Positions 26,173 to 34,275 of a DNA stretch of 36,316 nt are shown here, piece by piece. This stretch comes from Polyangiales bacterium (GTDB lineage: Bacteria; Myxococcota_A; Polyangia; Polyangiales; Houyiibacteriaceae). A model generated the notes under the pieces. That model made no database searches, was not told the DNA's origin, and worked only from the letters and a program-made list of their open reading frames with translations. The position numbers and the translations under genes are program-made. The DNA lies in assembly GCA_045106895.1 (NCBI GenBank), contig JBGCFM010000269.1, positions 1 to 36,316 of the forward strand, read 5' to 3'. How positions within the stretch are numbered: position 1 is the first letter of the stretch; every line of letters begins with the position of its first letter.

Positions 26173-26179
26173 GCCGGTG

Positions 26180-26470
26180 CTATTTGGCGCGGAACACGAT
26201 CATGCCGTGCGTCAGGTCGTAAGGAGAGAGTGCCACAGTGACGTGGTCGCCGAGAATGACGCGGATGCGAAACTTGCGCATACGTCCACAAAGTTGGGCG
26301 CGCACTTTGGCTCCGGAGTCGGTCTCCACCTCGAACTGACCGCCAGCGAACACGTTGGAGATAATGCCGTCGACCTTGATATGGTCGTCGCGCTTATCTT
26401 CCGGGTCGAAATTGCGGTTCTTCTTTTTTTTCCGGCGTGCTCCACCGGCTCTGGGACGTCTTCTGGCCAA
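26180..26470 (-). CDS. infA: Translation initiation factor IF-1 with basic N-terminal extension
   Basis: IF-1 core FEVETDSG..VRAQLCGRMRKFRIRVILGDHVTVALSPYDLTHGMIVFR. TTG start with AGGAG SD 5 nt upstream. Confidence 0.9.
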   Translation of the reverse strand: MARRRPRAGGARRKKKKNRNFDPEDKRDDHIKVDGIISNVFAGGQFEVETDSGAKVRAQLCGRMRKFRIRVILGDHVTVALSPYDLTHGMIVFRAK

Positions 26471-26521
26471 ACTTACTCCTTACGGGCCCGCTCAAATCAG
26501 GATGCGGGGCGCGTGGCGGGG

Positions 26522-26550
26522 AACCTAAGGCTTTGTCGGCACTTTGTCGA
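26522..26550 (-). promoter_or_regulatory. Putative sigma70 promoter of infA
   Basis: Minus strand TCGACA-N17-TAGGTT about 50 nt upstream of the TTG start. Confidence 0.55.
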
Positions 26551-26608
26551 CACCATCTCGCAAGATGGGGGGGCGGCGGTTCGATGTAAGTGCGCGAAAA
26601 GATACCGC

Positions 26609-27682
26609 TTATGGTTCTTCCGGGGTCGGAACAAGCTCGATACGCGCGGGCGTGATCGCCCCCAAAACGGCGCGGGACTGCGGGCTACCGGGTGCGGCAC
26701 GGGTCAACGTGAGAAGCGTGGTGGCTTCGCCATCCGCGACGTAAGGAGCCGGGTCCCCAGGGTTATTGCCAAGAACCGAAGTGTCACCAAAGAGCTCCGC
26801 GTCGAAGCGGTCGTAGGTTTGGGTATCCATGGTCCCAGAGACGCTCAGACCTGACGAGACGGAGCCGGTGGCGGACTCGAAGCGCGACTCAAAGTAGACG
26901 CGGAGGGAGACTCGTCCCGTTGCGCTCGTCACCACGATGGCGCCGGGGCTGCGCTGAGCGACCTCTGTGGGGTCCTCTTCGCCGCGTGAGAGTTCGCCCA
27001 GGTCGAGGGCCTCGGTATCCACGGTGAAGGTGAGGCCGTCGGTGCTTTTGGCGAGCCCGATTCGTCCGTCGCGCTCGAAGAAGAGAAGTGTCTCCCCACC
27101 AAACTCAACAACGCTTGGTGCGCGTGCGTCTTCGAGGATCTGAGTCGGTGCGCCAAAGGTCGCGCTTCCTGCGCTTCGAGTCGCCACTCCGATTCCGCCT
27201 TCGCTGGCGAAATAGAGCTGGACGCTTCCGTCGCTCGACTCGATGGCCCACGGGTCGAAGACCGCGCCGCCTTGCCATGGCTCCGTCGCCTCGAGGACCA
27301 CGGTTCCGGCCTCGTAAGAGTAGCGCGCCGGTGCCAAGGAAGGGGACGCAAAGATCGCGCGTGCTTCGAACTGAGCCCAGTCGACTTCAAAGCGGGCCAA
27401 GGACGCGTCCTTCTCGGGAAGGGGGTCTAGCGGCGCGGACGCAGCTGCATACCAAAGTGACCCTTCAGTCATCATGGCTCGACCGAAGGCCGCGCCTTCG
27501 GCAAGGATCTGACCGGCGCGCGGGGCCTCGACGACAAGCTCTGCGGCGTTCAGCGGCCGAAACGGTCCGATGCCGCTTTCCACGGGTCCAGGAAATGCGG
27601 CTTCATCGCCGATGGTCGCGCATGCGCTGAAAAGAACCAGGGCGGCGATCTGAAGAGGCTTTGGTTTCGTCCACTGAGTCAT
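26609..27682 (-). CDS. Putative lipoprotein with beta-propeller-like (GH43/GH32-clan-like) repeats
   Basis: Lipobox LFSAC; repeats VFDPWAI..LYFA..GIGVA, APSVV..LFFE..IGLAKSTDGLTF. Confidence 0.6.
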   Translation of the reverse strand: MTQWTKPKPLQIAALVLFSACATIGDEAAFPGPVESGIGPFRPLNAAELVVEAPRAGQILAEGAAFGRAMMTEGSLWYAAASAPLDPLPEKDASLARFEVDWAQFEARAIFASPSLAPARYSYEAGTVVLEATEPWQGGAVFDPWAIESSDGSVQLYFASEGGIGVATRSAGSATFGAPTQILEDARAPSVVEFGGETLLFFERDGRIGLAKSTDGLTFTVDTEALDLGELSRGEEDPTEVAQRSPGAIVVTSATGRVSLRVYFESRFESATGSVSSGLSVSGTMDTQTYDRFDAELFGDTSVLGNNPGDPAPYVADGEATTLLTLTRAAPGSPQSRAVLGAITPARIELVPTPEEP

Positions 27683-27691
27683 CGGATGCCC

Positions 27692-29047
27692 TTATTCAAA
27701 CACCAAAGAGACATCGACACCGGCGGAGATGAGGTAGCCGGTGGAGCGGTAGTCTCCGACGGGGTCTACGAGGGATGTCTTGTTGTGGTCTCGCGCCCGC
27801 AACGCGGCATATGCAAAGTGCGCGTTGAACTGGAGCGCGCCGGGGAGCGTTGGCCGCAAGTCGTTCAAAGACGCGCCAAGACCGAGAGAGATGGTGTGTT
27901 TATCGTTGTCGACGAAGTTGGTGATTCCAGCCTGAGCCGGGAAGGGCGAGTTTTCGTAAATGTAGCCAGCGCGGATGTCGAGATCGACGTCGCCTTGGAG
28001 CGCGGCGTACTCGATTCCGATGCGCGGCACGAAGGTGTCGTGGAGGTTCATGGGTAGCTGCGGAAGCGACTCGATGTCGCCAAAGGCGGCGGTGCCACCA
28101 AACTCCAGGTCCACGGTCTGGTCTGCGATGAGACTTGGGTGGGCGGACCAGTCGTTCCATGTCAGCTCGAGGGCGATGTTCAGCCGGTCCAGGGGCTGGA
28201 GGTCGATGCCGAAGCTCACCTGCTGCGGCCCGAAGAGGCTCGTCGATGTGCTGACGAGGGAGAGATCCAAGGGGACTCCTGGGGTGCCGGGGGTGCCAAC
28301 GGAGGCGGCGGCGAGAGCGACGATGGTGTTGCCGAGCTCCACCTCGCTTCGGTACACGAGGCCGATGGAGACGCGTTCGTGAACCTGTGCCTGCACGCCG
28401 AGTGAGCCATAGCGAACTGAGCGGAGGTCACCCTTGAACTGATGCTCCAGCCGCGAGTCGTCTTCGGCGTTGGTGAAGGGCAGGTCGCCACGAATGTCGA
28501 GGGTGAGGACAGAGCCAGACTGAAAGACCAGGCCGCCACCGATGGTCAGCCAGGAAACGGGCCGAATCGCGAGGTGCGTCGAGAGGTAGAGACGGTGGGA
28601 GCGGGTGTCGTAGAGTTCCCAACGCGGTCGGTCCACGATCGCGCTTCGCGTTCGTGCGACACGCTGGTCCGGAAGCTGTAGACCGAGTCCGAAGGCGATG
28701 CGGAAGTCCCCAAAGGTGGCCGGCGCGACAAGCCCAAAGCTGACGCCGCCTTGGCGCTCGACGTCGGACTGCTGACCGTTGATGGAGAGGAAGGGGCTCT
28801 GGCTAAAGTAGCCTACCTGGAGCCGTAGTGCGCCGGCACGCGCGAGGCCGGCTGGGTTGTAGTAGACGGCGGACGCGTCTTCGACGCTCGCTGTGACGGC
28901 CCCGCCGAGGCTCGTCGACCGTGAGCCATAGCCCAGGACGTCGGGCGGCGTCGCGTAGGCCGTAGCGGCGCAGGCGAACGTCGCAAGGACGCAGAGAAGG
29001 GCGCGCGAGAGTGAGCGGCCGGCGGAGATGGAGGCGCGGTTTACCAT
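27692..29047 (-). CDS. OmpP1/FadL family outer-membrane transporter
   Basis: Signal peptide; GYGSRSTSLGGAVTA..DASAVYYNPAGL; alternating beta-strands; RAGYIYENSP. Confidence 0.88.
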   Translation of the reverse strand: MVNRASISAGRSLSRALLCVLATFACAATAYATPPDVLGYGSRSTSLGGAVTASVEDASAVYYNPAGLARAGALRLQVGYFSQSPFLSINGQQSDVERQGGVSFGLVAPATFGDFRIAFGLGLQLPDQRVARTRSAIVDRPRWELYDTRSHRLYLSTHLAIRPVSWLTIGGGLVFQSGSVLTLDIRGDLPFTNAEDDSRLEHQFKGDLRSVRYGSLGVQAQVHERVSIGLVYRSEVELGNTIVALAAASVGTPGTPGVPLDLSLVSTSTSLFGPQQVSFGIDLQPLDRLNIALELTWNDWSAHPSLIADQTVDLEFGGTAAFGDIESLPQLPMNLHDTFVPRIGIEYAALQGDVDLDIRAGYIYENSPFPAQAGITNFVDNDKHTISLGLGASLNDLRPTLPGALQFNAHFAYAALRARDHNKTSLVDPVGDYRSTGYLISAGVDVSLVFE

Positions 29048-30354
29048 TCGAGACTCACAGTCCAGCCGCCGGCGATGACGTTGCCGGCGCTCTCAAGTGG
29101 AGCGCCGGTTTGACCGTCGCCCTCGTTGCTAATGTCGTGGGTACGCGGGGTGAGCCGGTGGTACTGGATAAACGTGTCGAGACGAACGTGGGCGCCAACG
29201 GGGGCCCGCCAATGTACGCCTCCACCGAAGGTCAGGACATGTCGGTTGTTGTCGATGTAGCGAAGAGGCGAGAGCACTGTTTCGCCGTTTTCCGTGCGGA
29301 CGTTGCCTTCAGAGTCGCGGCCGGGTCGTAGCGCCGCGGGCGGCGCCGGTGTCATCTCAAAAGCGTACCCGGCGCGCAGCGAGCCCGTGGTTCGTTTGCG
29401 CGTCACGTTGTATTCAATGCCGACACGCGGGGAGAACGTGTTGCGGAAGTCCGGCGCCGGAGGAAGGTTGGAGTTGGATGTGCTTCGACCCACAACGCCC
29501 TCGTATCTAGACCAGAGTCGCGCGTTGAACTGCGCTGCGATGAGCCATTCGCTGGTGGGCCGATAGGCGACCTCTGCGGCAAAAAGGTGAGGGTCGTATT
29601 GCGGCGTGGCGGTGATGGTGATGACGGGCAGGTCCAGCGGCAGCGAAGTGACGATGTTCAAGTCGATGTCGGAGATGACTTCGTCGTGCCAGGTGAAGCC
29701 GATGGACACGGGACCGATGTCGTATTGAGCGCCAACGATGGGGCTAAAGCTCGCCAGGAGCTGAGTCTCCGTCTCTGAAACGAACTGGTTGGCTTGGTCG
29801 ATGCTGACGTTCAGGCGGCCGCCGATGTTTGCGAGGGCGGCGAAGCCAACGCCCACTCGAAGGCCGGGGAGCAAACGGCTGAGGTTGATGCCCAGTCCCA
29901 TCTGAAGGTGCACAGACTGAGTGCGGTTGAGGAGCGCCCACGATGCGATCTCGGGAAAGATGATGTCCGTTTGAAGAACGGCGCCGTGGGGCGTGAAGAA
30001 CCCAGCGCCGATGACGAAGGTGTCTTCGAGGACGCCGCCGAAAGGGAGGGGGATCTGAAGACCGATGGTCGTTCCGGCGTAGGGGTCGAGGGGCGTATTG
30101 ACGCCGTCGAGGCTGAGGCGAAACGCTCCCTGCTGCATCCCTAGGTGAATACCGTTACGCTCCGCACGTGAGAGACCTGCGGGGTTGGAGTAGACTGCTT
30201 CGTAGTCGCCGGCAAAGCTCACGCCGGTCATGCCCATGGCCTGAGTGCGTGACCCGAAGCCAAAGACATCAGGCGGTGTTGCTCCGGCCGGAGAGGCTTG
30301 GAGCGTGAGAGCTACAAGCACAGGAACGAGCAGCCGGGCAAGGTGGCGGGCCAT
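29041..30354 (-). CDS. OmpP1/FadL family outer-membrane transporter
   Basis: Signal peptide from ATG 30354 (MARHLARLLVPV); GFGSRTQAMG..DYEAVYSNPAGL; RAGYAFE; C-terminal W. Confidence 0.88.
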   Translation of the reverse strand: MARHLARLLVPVLVALTLQASPAGATPPDVFGFGSRTQAMGMTGVSFAGDYEAVYSNPAGLSRAERNGIHLGMQQGAFRLSLDGVNTPLDPYAGTTIGLQIPLPFGGVLEDTFVIGAGFFTPHGAVLQTDIIFPEIASWALLNRTQSVHLQMGLGINLSRLLPGLRVGVGFAALANIGGRLNVSIDQANQFVSETETQLLASFSPIVGAQYDIGPVSIGFTWHDEVISDIDLNIVTSLPLDLPVITITATPQYDPHLFAAEVAYRPTSEWLIAAQFNARLWSRYEGVVGRSTSNSNLPPAPDFRNTFSPRVGIEYNVTRKRTTGSLRAGYAFEMTPAPPAALRPGRDSEGNVRTENGETVLSPLRYIDNNRHVLTFGGGVHWRAPVGAHVRLDTFIQYHRLTPRTHDISNEGDGQTGAPLESAGNVIAGGWTVSLEW

Positions 30355-30485
30355 GGACGGCACCGTATCACAGGCTTTGTTCGCGTGATGCGGCGATTGT
30401 GGGACCGACGTCGCCCTCTGCTGGACGAAGCGCTCTTTGGTGGCAAAAGGGCAGCTATGTCCTTTCAACGTACTGCGAGAAGTCT

Positions 30486-31382
30486 GTGAACGAAGGCGTA
30501 TTTCGGGTTCTCAATGCCCTCGGGCACGGGCGTGAGGTGTCGCGCACAGAGGCGCTTCGGCGAAGCGCGGAGGCACACTCAGTCCTGACGGACTTGAGCA
30601 AGTCCAAGGCGAAGTGGTTCGATGTGGCCGGCGAGAGCTTCAAGCTGTCGAATGTGGGGCTCGCCGCTTTGGCGCGCGAAGCGCACGCGCGAAAGCCTGC
30701 CCTCAGCGTCGACGCGCTTGTGGAGAAGCTGCGTGAGCTGACGCGCGAACGCCCGGCGGTGAAGCGAGAGCTTGACCAGGTCCATGCGACGCTTGAGAGC
30801 GTCGCGAAGCGCGCGCGAATCTTGGTCGAGCGCGGCGACGTTCAGCGAGGCTTGCTTCTCTTCGGCGACGACGACCTCACGGCGCTCGCTGTGGGTCTTT
30901 TGCTGGATGAAAAGGGCGACGACAAGAAGCTCACGGTGCTCGACCTCGATGATGAGATTCTGGCGTTCTACGAAGGGCACGCGCGCATTCAAACGGTGAA
31001 GCACGACCTTCGCGAGCCGCTGCCTTCGAAGCTGCGTAATCGCTTTGGTACGGTCTTTTCCGATCCGCCTTACGCAAGCGCGGGTTTCGGTCTTTTTGCG
31101 GCCCGCGCTGTTCAAGCGCTCAAGGCCGACGGCCGACTCTACATGCAGCTCGGGTTCTCACGGCGCGCACGCGAACGCGGTCTCGCCAAGCAACGCCTTC
31201 TCTTGGACATGGGGTTCCTCGTCGAAGCGGCGGAGCCGTTCGCCGCCCACTACGACGGCGCCGAGTCCATCGGTTCGGTGAGCACGCTCTTGACCCTGGC
31301 GGTGACCCCTCAGACGAAGGCGCCAAACGAGGAGGCGCTTCGCGTCGCCGGAGAAGCGGGCCTTTACACCCGGACCTCATGA
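30486..31382 (+). CDS. bpsA: Branched-chain polyamine synthase (bis-aminopropylspermidine synthase) family
   Basis: RPAVKRELDQVHAT, GDDDLT motif, LDLDDEIL, HDLREPLP, FSDPPY. Start uncertain; GTG 30486 chosen. Confidence 0.75.
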   Translation: MNEGVFRVLNALGHGREVSRTEALRRSAEAHSVLTDLSKSKAKWFDVAGESFKLSNVGLAALAREAHARKPALSVDALVEKLRELTRERPAVKRELDQVHATLESVAKRARILVERGDVQRGLLLFGDDDLTALAVGLLLDEKGDDKKLTVLDLDDEILAFYEGHARIQTVKHDLREPLPSKLRNRFGTVFSDPPYASAGFGLFAARAVQALKADGRLYMQLGFSRRARERGLAKQRLLLDMGFLVEAAEPFAAHYDGAESIGSVSTLLTLAVTPQTKAPNEEALRVAGEAGLYTRTS

Positions 31383-32029
31383 CCCGGCCGCCCGATCCCG
31401 CGGCCACGGTGGTCCCGCTTCGCCGGCGCGGCTCGAATATTGAGGTGGGACTCGTTCGTAAGAACCCGAACCTCGCGTCTCTGGGAGGTACCTGGGTTTT
31501 CCCGGGGGGGCGCATCGACCCAGAGGACGTCGGCGTATCCCATGAAGATCGCGCCCGCGCTGCCGCCGTTCGGGAAGCGAACGAGGAGACGGGGTTGGTT
31601 TTGAACCCGGAGGCGCTTTTTCACCACGCCCACTGGACCACGCCTTTGCAGTATGAGCGGCGCTTCGCGACGGACTACTTTTTGACATGGGCGGACGCCG
31701 AGCTGGTGCCCGACGGTTCCGAAATCGTCGAGGCTCAGTGGTTGACGCCGGAGCGCGCCCTCGCCGCACGAGCGGCCGGCGCTCTTCGACTGCCGCCGCC
31801 AACCTTCGTGACCTTGTGGCGTCTTCATCACGAAGGGGAATCTCTCTTCGAGGCTCCGGCGTTTCGAATTTTGCCAAAGCCACAAGCTGTTGATGGGGGC
31901 TACGTCACGCTTTACGACGGCGACGCTGGGTACGAGAGCGCAGAGCTGGATGCGAAAGGGCCGCGTCATCGCGTGGCGCTTCTCAAGAGCGGCTGGAGCT
32001 ATCAGCGCAGCGGACTCTTGGCCGGGTAG
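31379..32029 (+). CDS. NUDIX hydrolase
   Basis: WVFPGGRID...AAAVREANEETGL Nudix box; WTTP..RRF; ATGA-coupled to the bpsA-like gene. Confidence 0.92.
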   Translation: MTRPPDPAATVVPLRRRGSNIEVGLVRKNPNLASLGGTWVFPGGRIDPEDVGVSHEDRARAAAVREANEETGLVLNPEALFHHAHWTTPLQYERRFATDYFLTWADAELVPDGSEIVEAQWLTPERALAARAAGALRLPPPTFVTLWRLHHEGESLFEAPAFRILPKPQAVDGGYVTLYDGDAGYESAELDAKGPRHRVALLKSGWSYQRSGLLAG

Positions 32030-33555
32030 GTCGTTAGCAACGCGACCTCGCTCGTATCCTTCGCCGTGGGCTCCGGGAGAGGGTGGGCTTTCCACCACGC
32101 GTCCGCGTGGGCGTCCGTCCAGGTCAGATTCTGGATTTCCTCGAGCTCCTCAAGGAGCGCCGCCGCGTCCTCGGGGCGTTTTGCAGGGTCCTTGGCAAGG
32201 CAACGGAGAACAAGCGCCTCAAGGGCTGCAGGCACGTCCCCGGCACCTCGGTTCGATGGCGGCCTGGGGGATTCGTGCACCTGGGCATGGAGCATTGCGA
32301 CGACGCCTTCAGCGTCGAACACAGTTCGGCCGGTCAGTAAGAAGTAGGCGATGGCGCCAAGCCCATAGACATCGGCCCGCGCGTCGGCGCTGTCGCCGCT
32401 CACGACTTCGGGCGCGAGGTAGGCGGGGGTGCCGCTGATCGCAGAGTCTTTCGGGTCTGTGCGAAAGGCCACGAGGCCAAAGTCGAGGACTTTGAGAAAG
32501 TCAGCGCGCCCCCCGAGCCGGCAGACGAAGAGGTTGGCGGGTTTTAGGTCGCGGTGAACGATACCGACCTTGTGCGCTTCGGCGAGGGACTCGCAGGCCT
32601 GCCGAAGAAAGTGAGCCGCTCGCCCTGCGCTCATCCGACCGGTCTCCGAGACGAGGTTCTGGATGTCGCGCCCTTCGAGAAGTTCCATCACGTAATAGGG
32701 CGATCCGGCATGGGTCACACCGAAGTCGTAGATGTGGACGGTGTGGGGCGAGGTGAGGAGCGCGGTGGCTTGTGCCTCACGTTCAAAGCGCTCCAAGGCG
32801 TCTGCGTTCAGGCGCGGACCCTGCTCGGAGATGAGCTTGATGGCTGCGGGTCGGGCCAGCATTCGGTGGGTGGCGCGCCAGACTTCGCCCATGCCGCCGC
32901 TTCCGAGTCGCTCCTTGAGCGCATACGCGCCGAGCTCTTCGGCGCGCGTCGCGTCGGAACGAAGCCGGTGAAGGACTTGGTAGAGCACCATCGCGAGAAC
33001 GACAGACAAGAAGTTCGGGAAAAAGAGAAAGATGAGCGTCTGCCAGTCGACCATCGGAAGTCCGGCGGCGATGGCGAGGGCGACGCTGAGGGGGCCCATA
33101 ATGGCGGTGCCGATGGCGCCGATGAGCGCCTTGTTTCGCGTCGTCGGAACCACGATGGGAAAGAGCACGATCCACAAACACGCCCACGACACCCCCCGGA
33201 CAACGCTTGAGGTGTCGTAGGTGATGAACACCTCGGTGAGCGAGATTCCACACCCTGTGAGGACTTGATAGGCGAGGCCGAAGCGCTGGAGCTCACCCGG
33301 AGTTCGTTCTTTGCGAACCCACACAAAGACGACGAGGGAAAGAAGCACCGTGAGCGCAGCCGTCGCATTGGCCGCGATGAGGTCGGCGCCAGCGTGGGGC
33401 GGTGAGATGTTCATCGCCGTCAGGGCGATCACAAAGGTCGCGACGACGAGTCCTGCCGTGGTGGAGAGACGCGCGCGCGCACGATTGGCCAGGACCGCCG
33501 TGCTCTTTCCGAGGCGACTTGAACTTAGCGCGTCGGTCTGCTCTTGAGGCGCCAT
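32002..33555 (-). CDS. Membrane-anchored Hanks-type Ser/Thr protein kinase
   Basis: N-terminal TM bundle; LGSGGMGEV, AIK, HRDLKPAN, DFG, GTPAYLAPE, DVYGLG. Confidence 0.95.
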   Translation of the reverse strand: MAPQEQTDALSSSRLGKSTAVLANRARARLSTTAGLVVATFVIALTAMNISPPHAGADLIAANATAALTVLLSLVVFVWVRKERTPGELQRFGLAYQVLTGCGISLTEVFITYDTSSVVRGVSWACLWIVLFPIVVPTTRNKALIGAIGTAIMGPLSVALAIAAGLPMVDWQTLIFLFFPNFLSVVLAMVLYQVLHRLRSDATRAEELGAYALKERLGSGGMGEVWRATHRMLARPAAIKLISEQGPRLNADALERFEREAQATALLTSPHTVHIYDFGVTHAGSPYYVMELLEGRDIQNLVSETGRMSAGRAAHFLRQACESLAEAHKVGIVHRDLKPANLFVCRLGGRADFLKVLDFGLVAFRTDPKDSAISGTPAYLAPEVVSGDSADARADVYGLGAIAYFLLTGRTVFDAEGVVAMLHAQVHESPRPPSNRGAGDVPAALEALVLRCLAKDPAKRPEDAAALLEELEEIQNLTWTDAHADAWWKAHPLPEPTAKDTSEVALLTTYPAKSPLR

Positions 33556-33571
33556 CCCGACGAAGATATCG

Positions 33572-33596
33572 CACGTGCGCGTATGTCGCGCACGTG
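33572..33596. repeat. Perfect 10-bp inverted repeat (terminator or operator)
   Basis: CACGTGCGCG-TATGT-CGCGCACGTG between the TlpA stop and the kinase start. Confidence 0.6.
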
Positions 33597-33614
33597 GGCG
33601 GCCCGATGCAGAGG

Positions 33615-34169
33615 CTAGCGTCGGCGAACGAGGGCGGAGATGCCTCGCGCGATGTTGTCACGCTCGGCCAAGGTGAAACCTTCGGCTTCGTGGACGATGC
33701 GTCCGCGCCGGTCGATCCAGATAGTGAAAGGTGCGCCGCGGCGTGGGTTCAGGCGGCTGGTCACGGCGGTGTCGAGGTCACTGAGAACAGGGAAGGTGAG
33801 GCCGAGACGGTTCACCACGGGCGCCGCCTGGGAGATTGTCTGGGGGCCGTCCATGGAGATGGCGACGACCTGGAGGCCTTGGTCTTGGTAGCGCGCGTAG
33901 AGCTGCTGGTAGAGAGGAAGCTGCTGCTTGCAGGGCTCACACCAAGTGGCCCAGAAGACGATGGCGATGGGGTTCGTGCCCAGGTGGTCGCTCAGCTCGA
34001 AGCGGCCGCTGACCGGTCCACCCGGAATGGCGGGGAGGGTGAACTCACCAGGACGCGCGCCGACGCGGGCTTCGGCCGTCGAACGCGCCGTGCTGCCGAG
34101 GAGCGAGGTGCACCAAGCGGTGGAGGTGATGAGGGCGGCGGTGAGGAGAATCTGGGAAAAGCGCTTCAT
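33615..34169 (-). CDS. TlpA/ResA-like exported thiol-disulfide oxidoreductase
   Basis: Signal peptide; FTLP, VFWATWCEPC, VVAISMD, FPVLSD, PFTIWIDRRGRI. Confidence 0.9.
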   Translation of the reverse strand: MKRFSQILLTAALITSTAWCTSLLGSTARSTAEARVGARPGEFTLPAIPGGPVSGRFELSDHLGTNPIAIVFWATWCEPCKQQLPLYQQLYARYQDQGLQVVAISMDGPQTISQAAPVVNRLGLTFPVLSDLDTAVTSRLNPRRGAPFTIWIDRRGRIVHEAEGFTLAERDNIARGISALVRRR

Positions 34170-34275
34170 AGGGTCTCGCAATCAAAGACGGGGGAGAGGC
34201 GGAGGGTATTCACCGGCGGTCCGTATTCTGTACGCGCCGCTGGGTGAGAAGTTAGTGGATGATGAAAAGGAGGGG

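Noticed and set aside
32002..32029. Convergent 3' overlaps (NUDIX/kinase 28 bp; also 18084-18098)
   Set aside because: Short convergent overlaps are common in compact GC-rich genomes.
33615..34169. Possible selenoprotein thioredoxin
   Set aside because: The active site is an ordinary WCEPC with no in-frame TGA.
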